From positions 2,371 to 66,370 of the forward strand of contig JBDHIW010000001.1 of the NCBI GenBank assembly GCA_039587215.1: a DNA stretch of 64,000 bases, given 5' to 3'. This document shows positions 28,356-38,373 of the stretch, in pieces. The position numbers and the translations under genes are program-made. The stretch comes from Gemmatimonadota bacterium (GTDB lineage Bacteria > Gemmatimonadota > Gemmatimonadetes > Gemmatimonadales > GWC2-71-9). Numbering within the stretch: position 1 is the stretch's first letter; every line of letters begins with the position of its first letter. The notes under the pieces were generated by a model, which saw nothing but the letters and a program-made list of their open reading frames with translations, had not been told where the DNA came from and did no database searches.

Positions 28356-31300
28356 GTCCTCTCGTCTACCACGACTGCCGACAGCGCCCGGACCAGCCCG
28401 GCCCCCATCGCGACCCCGCCCAAGCGGCGCAGTCGCAGGCTCAGCGGCACGGTTTGCCGGACGTCGGCCTCGAACTGCACGCCGTCCAGCGCGGCGTGCA
28501 GGGCGACCAGCCGGGGCGCCGCGCCCGTCCGAAACCGGATACGGGCCACGTCCCCGTGGACCGCGATCGCCTCCAGCCCCACCACCGATCCCACCAGGCG
28601 GAGCTCCGACACCAGCAGGAGTCCCTCGGCTTCGTCAGGCAGCGGACCAAATCGGTCCCGCAACTCCTGGCGGAGCGCCGCAATCTCGTCACGGGACTCC
28701 ACCCGCGCCAGGCGCCGGTATACGTCGAGTTTCGCGTCCTCGTCCGGCACGAACTCGTCGGGCAGGTACGCGGACCCGTCGAGGACCACGTCGGTCGGCG
28801 GGCGCTCCACGACCGCGTCGGCCTCCTGAAGCGCCCGGACCGCGTCGGCCAGCCATCGGAGGTACAGGTCCACGCCCACCGCCTGCGCGTGGCCCGACTG
28901 CTCGGCTCCCAAGAGATTACCCGCCCCCCGCAGCTGGAGGTCCCGAAGCGCGATCCGGTACCCGGAACCCAGCTCCGTGTGATGCTCGAGCACCTTGAGC
29001 CGCTCCTCCGCCTCGTCGTCCACGACGTCCGGCACTAGGAGATAGCAATAGGCCCGGCGGTGGCCCCGTCCCACGCGTCCCCGCAGTTGGTAGAGCTGCG
29101 CCAGGCCGATGTGATGCGCGTTGTGCACGATCATCGTGTTGGCGTTCGTGACGTCGAGACCACTCTCCACGATCATCGTCGACACCAGGACGTCGTGCCC
29201 GCCGGCCACGAACTCGCGCATCACGTGATCGAGGTCCCGCTCGGGCATCTGTCCGTGCGCCACCGCGACCGACGCCCGAGGCGCCAGCCGGCGCACCCGT
29301 TCCGCCACCGACTCGATCGTCTCGATGCGGTTGTGCACGAAGTACACCTGACCACCCCGGTCCAACTCCCGGGCGACGGCCTCCTCGATCAGTGCGTCGT
29401 CCCACGGCTCGATGAAGGTCAGCACCGGCGACCGGTCCCGGGGCGGCGTCTCGATCAGCGTGAGATCCCGTAGTCCCGACAGCGCCTGATGCAGGGTGCG
29501 CGGGATCGGGGTGGCCGTGAGCGTGAGGACGTCCACCTGAAGCCGCAGCGCCTTGAGCCGTTCCTTATGCCGCACGCCGAACCGGTGTTCTTCGTCGACG
29601 ATGAGCAGTCCGAGATCGTGGAACGTCACGTCCTTGGACAGCAGCCGGTGCGTGCCGATCACGATGTCCGTGGTCCCCTCGACGAGCGACGCCACGGCGG
29701 CACGCTGCTCGGACGCCGAGCGGAAGCGGGACAGGACCTCCACGCGGACCGGAAAGTCGGCGAAGCGCTCCCGAAACGTGCGCCCGTGCTGTTCGGCGAG
29801 AATCGTGGTGGGCACGAGCACCGCCGCCTGTTTGCCGGCCTGGATCGCCTTGAACGCCGCGCGCACCGCGATCTCGGTCTTCCCGTACCCCACGTCGCCC
29901 ACGATCAGGCGATCCATCGGATGGGGGCGCTCCATGTCGCGCTTGGTCTCGTCGCTCGCCAGCCGTTGGTCCGGCGTGTCGTCGTACAGGAACGACGACT
30001 CGAGCTCGCGCTGCCAACGCGTGTCCGGAGGAAACGCGAACCCCGGCGCCATCGCGCGGCGCGCGTAGAGGTCCAGGAGTTCCGCCGCCAGCTGGCGAAT
30101 CGCAGCCTCGGCACGTTGACGCTGGCGCTGCCACCGCGTCCCCCCGAGGCGGTGCAGCTTCGGCGGCTCGGTGCTGTCCGCGTCGGCCGACGTGCGATAC
30201 GGTTCGAGCTGATCCAGGCGGTACATCGGCACGTTGAGGCGGTCGCCCCCCTCGTACTCGAGCACCGCAACCTCCACCGTCGTGCCCTCGCCGACCGCAA
30301 TCGTCTCAACGCCGCGGTAGATGCCGATCCCGTGCTCGAGGTGCACCACGAAGTCGCCCGACCGCAGCGCGCCGGCGACGGCGGCCGCCACGGCCTGTCG
30401 GTAGCGTCGCGGCCGCCGCAGCCGGCGCGCCCGCTGGAAGATCTCGTGGTCGGTGAGGACCAGCAGATCGGTCATGCGGAAGCCGCCGCTCAGCGAGCCG
30501 AGCGCGAGCGTCACGCCACCCGGGACATCGGCACCCGGCCTGTCGCCGACGAGCAGCTCCTCCAACCGCTCGAGTTGCCCCTCGTTGTCGCACAGCACGA
30601 GGGTCTGGACCGAGGCGGCCACCGCCGCGATCTCCGCGACGCGGCGCGCGATGACCGGCGGCGGCGCGCATCCGAAGTCCACCGGGTCCTCATGGTCGTC
30701 GACGACCACCCGCGGAAACGCGCGAATCCTGCGGCGGCACGTGTCCGGGTCGAGAAAGACCTCCTCGCGTCCTTCCACGTCCTCTCCACGGCGCTGCGCG
30801 AGCGTCACGTGTCGGGCAGCCTCGTCCCACAGCCGGTCGAGGTCCGCCTCGTCCACGCCCGGCTGCACCCACAGCAGGGCGTCCGGCGGCAAAAGATCGA
30901 TCAGCGAGCGGCGCTCGAGCGGCGCATCGGCGGGCGCCTCGACCGCCCGTACGGGCAGGACCGTCACCGAGTCGACTTCGTCCGAGGATCGCTGCGTGTC
31001 GAGGTCGAACGCACGAATGGACGACACCTCGTCACCCCACCACTCGATGCGCATGGGGTCGGCCATCCCGAAGCCGTAGACGTCCACGATCCCGCCGCGG
31101 ACCGCGACCTGGCCGACGTCGGTCACCGAGGGAACGCGCTCGTATCCCATCCGACCGAGCCGCTGCACCGTCTCCGTGAGGGTGCGGGTGTCCCCGCGGT
31201 GCAGCCGCAGCTGGCGCGCCAGGACCGCGCTGGACATTCGCGTCCGCTCGGCAAGCGCGCGCTGGGTGGTCACCACGACGCGGACATTCCCGCGCCCGAC

Positions 31301-31627
31301 GGCCGCGATGGTCTCCGCCCGCTCACCCGCGATCTCGTAGTGGGGCTCTTCTTCCCCCAGGGCCTCGCGCTGCGGATAGAGCCGCACGCCGTCGTCCCGG
31401 AGGACGCCGAGGTCCGCGAACCACCGCTCGGCCTCCTGCGGCGCCTCCGTGACCACCACCACGACGTGCTCCCGCAACTCGCCGATCAGCGCGGCCACGA
31501 CCACCGCATCCCCGGCACCGTGCACCCCGGTGACACCGACGGTCTCCGCCCGGCCCGGGAGATGACGAAGCAGCCCGCGGAACGCGGGGGTCCGGCGGAC
31601 CGCTTCGACGATCGTGGGGAGCGTCAT
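28352..31627 (-). CDS. mfd: Transcription-repair coupling factor
   Basis: Start chosen at MTLPTIVEAV (31627, ATGA overlap with the upstream gene); the track ORF extends to 32104. Motifs DVGYGKTEIA, LIVDEEHRFGV, LTLTATPIPRTL and QLRGRVGR. Confidence 0.92.
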   Translation of the reverse strand: MTLPTIVEAVRRTPAFRGLLRHLPGRAETVGVTGVHGAGDAVVVAALIGELREHVVVVVTEAPQEAERWFADLGVLRDDGVRLYPQREALGEEEPHYEIAGERAETIAAVGRGNVRVVVTTQRALAERTRMSSAVLARQLRLHRGDTRTLTETVQRLGRMGYERVPSVTDVGQVAVRGGIVDVYGFGMADPMRIEWWGDEVSSIRAFDLDTQRSSDEVDSVTVLPVRAVEAPADAPLERRSLIDLLPPDALLWVQPGVDEADLDRLWDEAARHVTLAQRRGEDVEGREEVFLDPDTCRRRIRAFPRVVVDDHEDPVDFGCAPPPVIARRVAEIAAVAASVQTLVLCDNEGQLERLEELLVGDRPGADVPGGVTLALGSLSGGFRMTDLLVLTDHEIFQRARRLRRPRRYRQAVAAAVAGALRSGDFVVHLEHGIGIYRGVETIAVGEGTTVEVAVLEYEGGDRLNVPMYRLDQLEPYRTSADADSTEPPKLHRLGGTRWQRQRQRAEAAIRQLAAELLDLYARRAMAPGFAFPPDTRWQRELESSFLYDDTPDQRLASDETKRDMERPHPMDRLIVGDVGYGKTEIAVRAAFKAIQAGKQAAVLVPTTILAEQHGRTFRERFADFPVRVEVLSRFRSASEQRAAVASLVEGTTDIVIGTHRLLSKDVTFHDLGLLIVDEEHRFGVRHKERLKALRLQVDVLTLTATPIPRTLHQALSGLRDLTLIETPPRDRSPVLTFIEPWDDALIEEAVARELDRGGQVYFVHNRIETIESVAERVRRLAPRASVAVAHGQMPERDLDHVMREFVAGGHDVLVSTMIVESGLDVTNANTMIVHNAHHIGLAQLYQLRGRVGRGHRRAYCYLLVPDVVDDEAEERLKVLEHHTELGSGYRIALRDLQLRGAGNLLGAEQSGHAQAVGVDLYLRWLADAVRALQEADAVVERPPTDVVLDGSAYLPDEFVPDEDAKLDVYRRLARVESRDEIAALRQELRDRFGPLPDEAEGLLLVSELRLVGSVVGLEAIAVHGDVARIRFRTGAAPRLVALHAALDGVQFEADVRQTVPLSLRLRRLGGVAMGAGLVRALSAVVVDERT

Positions 31628-33414
31628 GGGGCGCGAGACCGTCCAACCAGCGTCGCAACCGCCAGCTCGGCAATCCCGGCCAGCAGCGCGGCGATCAAGA
31701 GCGCCGTCGCCAACTCCGCGCGCCGCGCGCCGCTGAAGAGGTCGCGGTCGAGCGCGCCGGCACCGACGAGCCGCGCCTCCGACCCGAGGCTGCCGCGCAC
31801 CGTGGCGCGAGCGACGACGTCGACGGCGGACTCGCGCGGATCGGGGCTCACGCGAATCGCTCCCACGGTATCTCCCGTCGGCCCGAGGACGAACGCGACC
31901 CCCGCATCGGTGAGTCCGCCGACCCGCCGATCCGCCGGCACCGGACGCGCGTCCCCGTCGAGCAGGAGCGTGACGCCGTTGGCCGGCAGACGCACGAACG
32001 CGCCGGGATGCCCGCGCACGATCCACCCCCGGCGTCTTCCCAGGCGGTTCACGATCCCGTCGAGAAACGGCAGAAACCCCGCCCGCACCGGCAGATCGGT
32101 CCACTCGGGCTGCAGCCGGCTCGCGACGATCGCGACCTCGCCGTCATGCACGAGCCACGGCATGCCGGCAATCGACGCGAGCACGGTTCCCGACCCGGTG
32201 AGCGCATGTCGGCGGTACACGGGCGTCCCCGCGAGCCCGAAGGCGTCTCCGTCTACGACCCACGCGCCCGACAACGGGGACCCGAACTGCCACGGGACCC
32301 CGCGGGCGGCGAGGTCGCGGTTGAGGGCCCCCGTCATGGCCGGGTCGCTGGGGGGCAGCACCAGCACCGCGGCCCCGGTGACGCCGCTACCAACCACGAC
32401 CTCGTCTCCCGCGGCGAGCCGTCCCGACGCCGTGAGCACGGCCAACGCATCGCGAACGAACGGGCCGGGGTCGTCCCCTGCGGTCGCGGGCGCCGCCGGA
32501 CTCATGTGCATGACCACCCACTGTCGGTCGTCCACCCGTAGCTCGTCCGGATCGACCTCGACCCGAAGGGCATGCCACCCGGGAGCGAGGCGCGCCTCGA
32601 GCACCGCCGTCTCGCCGGGTCCGGCGACGGCCCGCGCCAGCGTTCGATCGCCCTGCCGCAGCACGACGGCGGAGCGGTCGCCCTGGCCCCCGACGCTCAC
32701 CGCGACGCGCGCGAGGTCGGAACCGGCCACACGTTCGATCCGCACCGAATCGATGCCGCGGTTGGCCACCGAGGGCGCCGGCTCGAGCACGAGTACGACC
32801 GCCTCCGTGCGCTGGAGCGCGCCCGCGAACGCCGAGGCCTGACCATCACTGAGCACCACGATCTCCCGCCGCGCCTGCGGCGCTTGCGCGAGCATCGCGT
32901 CGAGCCGGCGCACGGTCTCCACGACGTCCATGCGGATCGCACTCGTGCCGAGGGTGTCGAGAAGATCCCGCGCGTCGGCAGCCGATAGGCGGTCGAGCGC
33001 TCCGGACGCCGTCGCCACCCAAAGAGCGTCGTCTCCCGTGACGCGCGCGACGATGCCGCGGGCGACGGACACGAGCCGGTCCCAGTGCGGCTCGCCCTCG
33101 AAGACCGCTCCGGCCGAGGGAGAGTTGTCGAGCACGAGACCCACGGCGGTCGGTTCGTGACCCCGCCCGCGCGCCCACGGCACCACCGGACGCGCCGCCG
33201 CCAGCACGATGCAGACGATCACGAGCATCCGCAGAAGCAGCACCAGGAGATTGCGCAGCCGGAGACGGCGACTGTGCTCGCGCTCGGTGGCCACCACGTA
33301 GCGGATCGCGGGAAAGGGGACCACGGGCGGGCGGCGGCGGTCGAGCAGGTGAAGCAGCGGCGGGATGCCCACCGCCGCCAATCCAAGCAACGCGAGCGGC
33401 TGCAGGAATCCCAT
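31624..33414 (-). CDS. BatA-N/VWA-like membrane protein
   Basis: Start chosen at MGFLQPLALLGLAAVGIPPLLHLL (the BatA aerotolerance N-terminal pattern). A second TM is followed by a VWA-like region with LDNSPS (DxSxS-like). There is a C-terminal TM. Confidence 0.7.
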   Translation of the reverse strand: MGFLQPLALLGLAAVGIPPLLHLLDRRRPPVVPFPAIRYVVATEREHSRRLRLRNLLVLLLRMLVIVCIVLAAARPVVPWARGRGHEPTAVGLVLDNSPSAGAVFEGEPHWDRLVSVARGIVARVTGDDALWVATASGALDRLSAADARDLLDTLGTSAIRMDVVETVRRLDAMLAQAPQARREIVVLSDGQASAFAGALQRTEAVVLVLEPAPSVANRGIDSVRIERVAGSDLARVAVSVGGQGDRSAVVLRQGDRTLARAVAGPGETAVLEARLAPGWHALRVEVDPDELRVDDRQWVVMHMSPAAPATAGDDPGPFVRDALAVLTASGRLAAGDEVVVGSGVTGAAVLVLPPSDPAMTGALNRDLAARGVPWQFGSPLSGAWVVDGDAFGLAGTPVYRRHALTGSGTVLASIAGMPWLVHDGEVAIVASRLQPEWTDLPVRAGFLPFLDGIVNRLGRRRGWIVRGHPGAFVRLPANGVTLLLDGDARPVPADRRVGGLTDAGVAFVLGPTGDTVGAIRVSPDPRESAVDVVARATVRGSLGSEARLVGAGALDRDLFSGARRAELATALLIAALLAGIAELAVATLVGRSRAP

Positions 33415-34316
33415 CAGCCCAGTCGCGATCGTGTCGCGGCGGCGCGCCGCAATACGGCTCCGAACGGCGTATCGGTGGTGACGTGGTGGTACTGCATGCC
33501 GCCGCCACGGCACGCCGCACGCCAAGCTTCCACTGCCTGCCGCACGGTGTCCTCATACACTCCGCGGAGCTCCCTCGGCCGCGCGACCACGTGGCCACCC
33601 GTTTCTGGATCCTCGAAGCGCGCCTCGGCAGGCCCCTCGAGCTGCAGCTCTCCCGGGTCCATGATGTGAAACACGGCAACCTGGTGTCCGCGGTGGCGCA
33701 GATACTGGAACGCCCGCAGCGCGAGGTCTCGATCCAGCAGCAGATCCGATACGACGATGACGAGTCCGCGGCGTGGCAGCAGGCTCACGACCCGCTCGAG
33801 GGCGGGCTCGGCCGCGGTCCCCCGTCCCGGCGTGAGCGCCATCAACGACCGCAAGAGCTCGCGCCACTGGATGGAGCGGGCACGCGGCCGCACGATGGCC
33901 CGAATCGCGTCATCGAATGCGATCATCCCGGTGGCGTCCCGCTGACGCAGCATCACGAGCGTGAGCGCCGCGACGAGCCGCTTGGCGTACTCGAGTTTGG
34001 TGAGTCGTCGATCCGCACCGCTCCAGTCCATCGACGCCGACGTGTCGAGCACGACCATCGAGCGGAGGTTGGTTTCTTCTTCGAACTGTTTGACGAACAG
34101 CCGATCCGACCGCGCCAGCATCCGCCAGTCGAGATAGCGCAGCTCGTCCCCCGGCTGGTAGGGACGATGTTCCGCAAACTCGACCGAGAACCCGTGGAAC
34201 GGCGATCGATGCAGCCCGGAGAGGTACCCCTCCACGACGCCCTCGGCGACGAACTCGATACCGCCCAGCTGAGCGACATCGTATGGATCGAGCAGGTCGA
34301 GGCGTTGGTCAGGCAT
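33414..34316 (-). CDS. DUF58 family protein
   Basis: Start chosen at MPDQRLD. The sequence GLHRSPFHGFSVEFAEHRPYQPGDELRYLDWR is the hallmark DUF58 segment. There is a 1-nt stop/start overlap with the BatA-like gene. Confidence 0.8.
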   Translation of the reverse strand: MPDQRLDLLDPYDVAQLGGIEFVAEGVVEGYLSGLHRSPFHGFSVEFAEHRPYQPGDELRYLDWRMLARSDRLFVKQFEEETNLRSMVVLDTSASMDWSGADRRLTKLEYAKRLVAALTLVMLRQRDATGMIAFDDAIRAIVRPRARSIQWRELLRSLMALTPGRGTAAEPALERVVSLLPRRGLVIVVSDLLLDRDLALRAFQYLRHRGHQVAVFHIMDPGELQLEGPAEARFEDPETGGHVVARPRELRGVYEDTVRQAVEAWRAACRGGGMQYHHVTTDTPFGAVLRRAAATRSRLG

Positions 34317-34474
34317 CGGGCGAACCGCGTAGTGACCTCGGGCGGAACGCGGCGCGTCTCCTCTCGGGGACGACACCGCGTTCTACAGGGACGAAGGGGC
34401 TTCCTAAACTACTGTCAGACAACAATATAGCAGACGGTTCGCACACGGCACATCCTATGCAGCGATAATCCTTC

Positions 34475-35413
34475 ATGGACGGAATGACACTGCGGCAGCG
34501 AGCCTGGTGCCTGATCGTGGCCGCCGCCCTGGCGGCACCCGGCGCTGCTCGCACGCAGGAGGGCCCGCGGCCCGCCATCACGCTCGCCCTCGACGCGCCC
34601 GACGTCATCGTCGGCGAGACTTCGGTCCGTCTCGCCTTCACGCTGTCGACGGACGCCCACGTCCTCGTTCTCCGTCTCGACACCGACGGACGCGTGCACT
34701 TCGTCTTTCCCGCGACGCCCGCCGCCGACACGCTGCTTCCCGGCGGCACTCCGATCCGCGTGGCGGCCGCCACGCCGGCGCGCGGCGCCACATCGTTCGT
34801 GATCGACGAATACCCCGGGGTCGGGTACCTGTTCGCCATCGCCAGCCGCGCACCGCTCCGGCTCGAACCGTACCAGCACCGGGGCCGCTGGAACCGGCAC
34901 GCCCTGATGCCGGCGGGTCGCGTCCGGGGTGATCCCTACGTGGCATTCGCCGACTTGCTGGATCAACTGCATCCCGACGACGCCGGAGCTTACGGGTTCG
35001 ACGTCCTCCCGTACGCCGTCGGGTCACGGTTCGACGTGCCGCGGTTCTCATGCTACGGGTGCCACGACGACGTCGGATACCCGTGGCGCGACAGCTACCA
35101 GGCCTGGTGCGGCACGTTCCGGATCGACGTGCTCGCCGGCCTCTGGACCCGATCGCTGCTGCCCCCAACGCTGGCGTTGCCGGCGGCGCAGGGCTCGGCG
35201 CTCCCCGCCGCGATCTTCGTCTACGCGCGCCGGTCCGGAAGCACGGTGCCACCCGCCATGGCACCCGACGGGTTTGGTGCGGCCGCCGGCGCCCTGCTCG
35301 AAGGCATGCTCCGCGAGCTCGCCGAGCGCGCGGCGAACCCGCCCCCGAGCGAGGGCCCGCTGCCGACCGACACGCCCTGGCCGAAGGGAAAGCGACGACA
35401 AGGCTCGCACTGA
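34475..35413 (+). CDS. Secreted DUF4384-like protein (paralog of 14146-15822)
   Basis: 312 aa with a signal peptide. The block VRLAFTLSTDAHVLVLRLDTDGRVHFVFPATP parallels the first paralog. A Cys/aromatic segment SCYGCHDDVGYPWRDSYQAWCGTF follows. Confidence 0.7.
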   Translation: MDGMTLRQRAWCLIVAAALAAPGAARTQEGPRPAITLALDAPDVIVGETSVRLAFTLSTDAHVLVLRLDTDGRVHFVFPATPAADTLLPGGTPIRVAAATPARGATSFVIDEYPGVGYLFAIASRAPLRLEPYQHRGRWNRHALMPAGRVRGDPYVAFADLLDQLHPDDAGAYGFDVLPYAVGSRFDVPRFSCYGCHDDVGYPWRDSYQAWCGTFRIDVLAGLWTRSLLPPTLALPAAQGSALPAAIFVYARRSGSTVPPAMAPDGFGAAAGALLEGMLRELAERAANPPPSEGPLPTDTPWPKGKRRQGSH

Positions 35414-35454
35414 AGGGGTTGCCGCCCCCTGCGCCCCGCGCGCAACGTGTGGGT

Positions 35455-36612
35455 ATGACGGCAACACTCACCAATCGCGAGCTGCTCGACCGCCTGGTCG
35501 CGTTCGACACGAGCAGTGACCGCAGCAACATCCCGTTCATCGACTTCATCGCGGCCTATCTCGACGCCCCGGGGATCACCATCGCCAGGCATCCCAACGA
35601 CGACGGCTCCAAGGCCTCGCTCGTGGCGTGGGCCGGGCCACCGGTGGATCCCGACCGGCGTGACGGCCTGCTGCTCTGCGGCCACTCGGACGTCGTGCCG
35701 GCCGACCCCGAGCAGTGGCAGTCCGATCCCTTCCGGCTGACCGAGCGTGACGGGAAGCTCCTCGGCCGCGGGACCTGCGACATGAAGGGGTTCCTTGCGC
35801 TCGCGGTCAACGCCATGCGTCAGGCCGCACATGATCGGCTCGCTGCCCCTCTCGTCCTCCTCGTGACCTACGACGAGGAGCGCAATACCCAGGGGGCACG
35901 GGCGTTCGTGAACACGTGGCCCAGCGAGCGACCGCTCCCGCGCGACGTGATCGTCGGCGAACCCACCGAGCTGGAAGTCGTGCACATGCACAAGGGGATG
36001 GTCAGCATGACCCTCCGCGTGGACGGCGTCTCGGCGCACAGCGGATACCCGGCGCTCGGACGGAGCGCGATCGCGCCCGCGGCCCGCGCCGTGACCGCGA
36101 TCGCCGACTGGGGGGACGCGCTGCGGGACCGAACCCCGCCCACCTCGGCCTTCACCGAGGTTCCGTACGCCGTCGTCAACATCGGGACGATCCGCGGGGG
36201 ACGCGCGGTCAACATCGTGCCCGACCGCTGTACCCTCGGGATCAGTCTGCGCGTGCTCCCCGGCATGGATCGCTCGGCCCTCGTGGCGGAACTCGAAGAA
36301 ACGGCGGCCGCCGCGCTCGGCGACACTCCTCATGCGTTCCGCGTCGAGAGCGAGAGCCCGCCGATGGCCACCGAGGCGGACGACCCGTTCATCCGTGAGC
36401 TGCTCCAGGTGTGCGGCCGCACCACGCCGCGCGCCGTGTCGTACTCCACGGACGCCGGCTGGCTGCAAACGGTCGGGCACCGGTGCGCGATCTTCGGACC
36501 CGGATCGATCGGGGTCGCGCACGCGCCGAACGAGTACCTTCCCTCGGGAGAATTCGCGACCGCAGCGACGAGCCTGACGCGCATCATCGCGCACCGCTGC
36601 CACGCCGACTGA
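35455..36612 (+). CDS. M20-family deacylase (acetylornithine deacetylase ArgE-like)
   Basis: ATG at 35455 lies within the longer track ORF. Motifs LLLCGHSDVVPA, GRGTCDMKG and DEERNTQGA. Confidence 0.8.
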   Translation: MTATLTNRELLDRLVAFDTSSDRSNIPFIDFIAAYLDAPGITIARHPNDDGSKASLVAWAGPPVDPDRRDGLLLCGHSDVVPADPEQWQSDPFRLTERDGKLLGRGTCDMKGFLALAVNAMRQAAHDRLAAPLVLLVTYDEERNTQGARAFVNTWPSERPLPRDVIVGEPTELEVVHMHKGMVSMTLRVDGVSAHSGYPALGRSAIAPAARAVTAIADWGDALRDRTPPTSAFTEVPYAVVNIGTIRGGRAVNIVPDRCTLGISLRVLPGMDRSALVAELEETAAAALGDTPHAFRVESESPPMATEADDPFIRELLQVCGRTTPRAVSYSTDAGWLQTVGHRCAIFGPGSIGVAHAPNEYLPSGEFATAATSLTRIIAHRCHAD

Positions 36613-36646
36613 CGACGCCTTCACGTTTCACCGCGAGCACCCAACG

Positions 36647-38332
36647 ATGACTCAGCCGCTCCTCGAGTGCGTTCCCAACTTCAGCGAGGGCCGCGACCGC
36701 GCGACCATCGAACGGATCACCGACGCCATCGCCGCGGTCGACGGAGTGACGTTGCTGGACGTCGATCCGGGACAGGCCACCAACCGCACCGTGGTCACGT
36801 TCGTCGGGGCGCCCGAACCGGTGATGACCGCCGCAGTTCGGGCGGCCGCGGCGGCGCGCGATGCGATCGACATGCGCACCCATCAGGGGGAGCACCCACG
36901 CTTCGGCGCTATGGACGTCTGCCCGCTGATCCCGGTAGCCGGCGTCACCATGGACGAAGCCGCCGCGTACGCGCGCGAGCTGGGGAAGCGACTCGGCGAG
37001 GAGCTCGGCATCACCGTGTTCTGCTACGAGCACGCCGCGACGCGGCCCGAGCGTCGCAACCTCGCCGCGGTCCGGGCGGGTGAATACGAAGGCCTGCCGG
37101 ACAAGCTTGCCCGACCCGAGTGGGCTCCGGACTTCGGCCCCGCGACGTTCGACCCCGGGTTTGGGGCCGTGGCGGTGGGCGCCCGAGATTTTCTCATCGC
37201 GTACAACGTGAACCTGAACACGACGTCGACCCGGCGGGCCAACGCGATCGCGTTCGATGTGCGCGAGAAGGGCCGCATGAAGCGCTCGGGACACCCGCTC
37301 ACCGGGGAGATCGTCCGCGGAGACGACGGCGAGCCCGTGTGGATCGCGGGCAGCTTGCAATCGGTGAAGGCGATCGGGTGGTACATCGAGGAGTACGGGA
37401 TCGCCCAGATCTCGATGAACCTCACGGACATCGCGACCACGCCGCTGCACGTCGCGTTCGACGAGGTGTGCCGGAAAGCCGATGCCCGCGGGATACGGGT
37501 CACCGGTTCCGAAATCGTCGGTCTCGTGCCGCTGCGCGCCCTCGTGGAGGCCGGCGAGTACTTCCTGACCAAGCAGCAGCGGTCGTTGGGGGTCTCCGAG
37601 CGCGAGCTGATCAAAATCGCCGTGCGGTCGATGGGGTTGGACGACCTCGCCCCGTTCGAGCCCGACGAGAAGATCATCGAGTATCGGCTGCGCGACCGGG
37701 ACGCGCGCCGTCTGGTGGACCAGACCGTGCAGGCGTTCGTCGAGACCACCGCGTCCGAGGCTCCCGCGCCCGGGGGCGGGTCGGTCGCGGCGCTGGCGGG
37801 CGCGCTGGGCGCGGCGCTCGCCACCATGGTCGCCAACCTCTCGTCTCACAAGCGAGGATGGGACGACCGGTGGGAGCAGTACTCGCAGGCCGCCGTCGAG
37901 GGCAAGCGCTACGCTGAACGGCTCTTGGCGCTCGTCGACGAGGACACCGCCGCCTTCGATGCCGTCCTGGCCGCGATGCGGCTTCCCAAGGACTCGCCCG
38001 CCGACCAAGAGGCCCGGGCGGCGGCCATCGAAGCAGCGACGCAGGAGGCCACCCGCGTACCCTTCCGCGTAATGGAGGCCGCGGTGGGCTCCATGGACGT
38101 CATTCACCGCATGGCCGAATCGGGCCTGGCCTCGTCGGCCTCCGACGCCGGCGTGGGCGCCATCTGCGCGCGCGCCGCCGTGCGCGGCGCCTATCTCAAC
38201 GTCCAGATCAACGCCGCGACCCTCGCGGACCGCGCGGTGGCCGACGATCTGGTCGCGCGCGGCGCGGCCCTGACGCATGACGCGGAAGCCCGCGAACGGG
38301 CGACGCTGGCGGTGGTCGAGGGACGCATGTAG
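36647..38332 (+). CDS. ftcD: Bifunctional glutamate formimidoyltransferase / formimidoyltetrahydrofolate cyclodeaminase
   Basis: 561 aa. The N-terminus [12 protein letters not shown] is the formiminotransferase signature. The C-terminal ~200 aa form a helical cyclodeaminase-like domain ([24 protein letters not shown]). Confidence 0.85.
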   Translation: MTQPLLECVPNFSEGRDRATIERITDAIAAVDGVTLLDVDPGQATNRTVVTFVGAPEPVMTAAVRAAAAARDAIDMRTHQGEHPRFGAMDVCPLIPVAGVTMDEAAAYARELGKRLGEELGITVFCYEHAATRPERRNLAAVRAGEYEGLPDKLARPEWAPDFGPATFDPGFGAVAVGARDFLIAYNVNLNTTSTRRANAIAFDVREKGRMKRSGHPLTGEIVRGDDGEPVWIAGSLQSVKAIGWYIEEYGIAQISMNLTDIATTPLHVAFDEVCRKADARGIRVTGSEIVGLVPLRALVEAGEYFLTKQQRSLGVSERELIKIAVRSMGLDDLAPFEPDEKIIEYRLRDRDARRLVDQTVQAFVETTASEAPAPGGGSVAALAGALGAALATMVANLSSHKRGWDDRWEQYSQAAVEGKRYAERLLALVDEDTAAFDAVLAAMRLPKDSPADQEARAAAIEAATQEATRVPFRVMEAAVGSMDVIHRMAESGLASSASDAGVGAICARAAVRGAYLNVQINAATLADRAVADDLVARGAALTHDAEARERATLAVVEGRM

Positions 38333-38373
38333 CGGCCCCCCTCGGCCGCTCGGGGCGCCGTGTATATTCTGCC

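Noticed and set aside
31628-32104. The 159-aa N-terminal extension of the mfd ORF given in the track. Analogous 5' extensions occur at 22445-23701, 40463-42121, 41701-43005, 44031-45383, 45277-47442, 54147-55226, 35050-36612 and 17070-18536.
   Set aside because: The extensions are Arg/Gly-rich and overlap the upstream gene in another frame. Internal starts give canonical family N-termini or signal peptides, and often a 4-nt stop/start overlap.
29489-32842. A 1117-aa plus-strand ORF, one of the longest in the track, antisense to mfd and the BatA-like gene.
   Set aside because: It is Arg/Pro/Ala/Gly-rich with no recognisable motif. It is entirely antisense to two genes with unmistakable family signatures, which is typical high-GC shadow-ORF behaviour.
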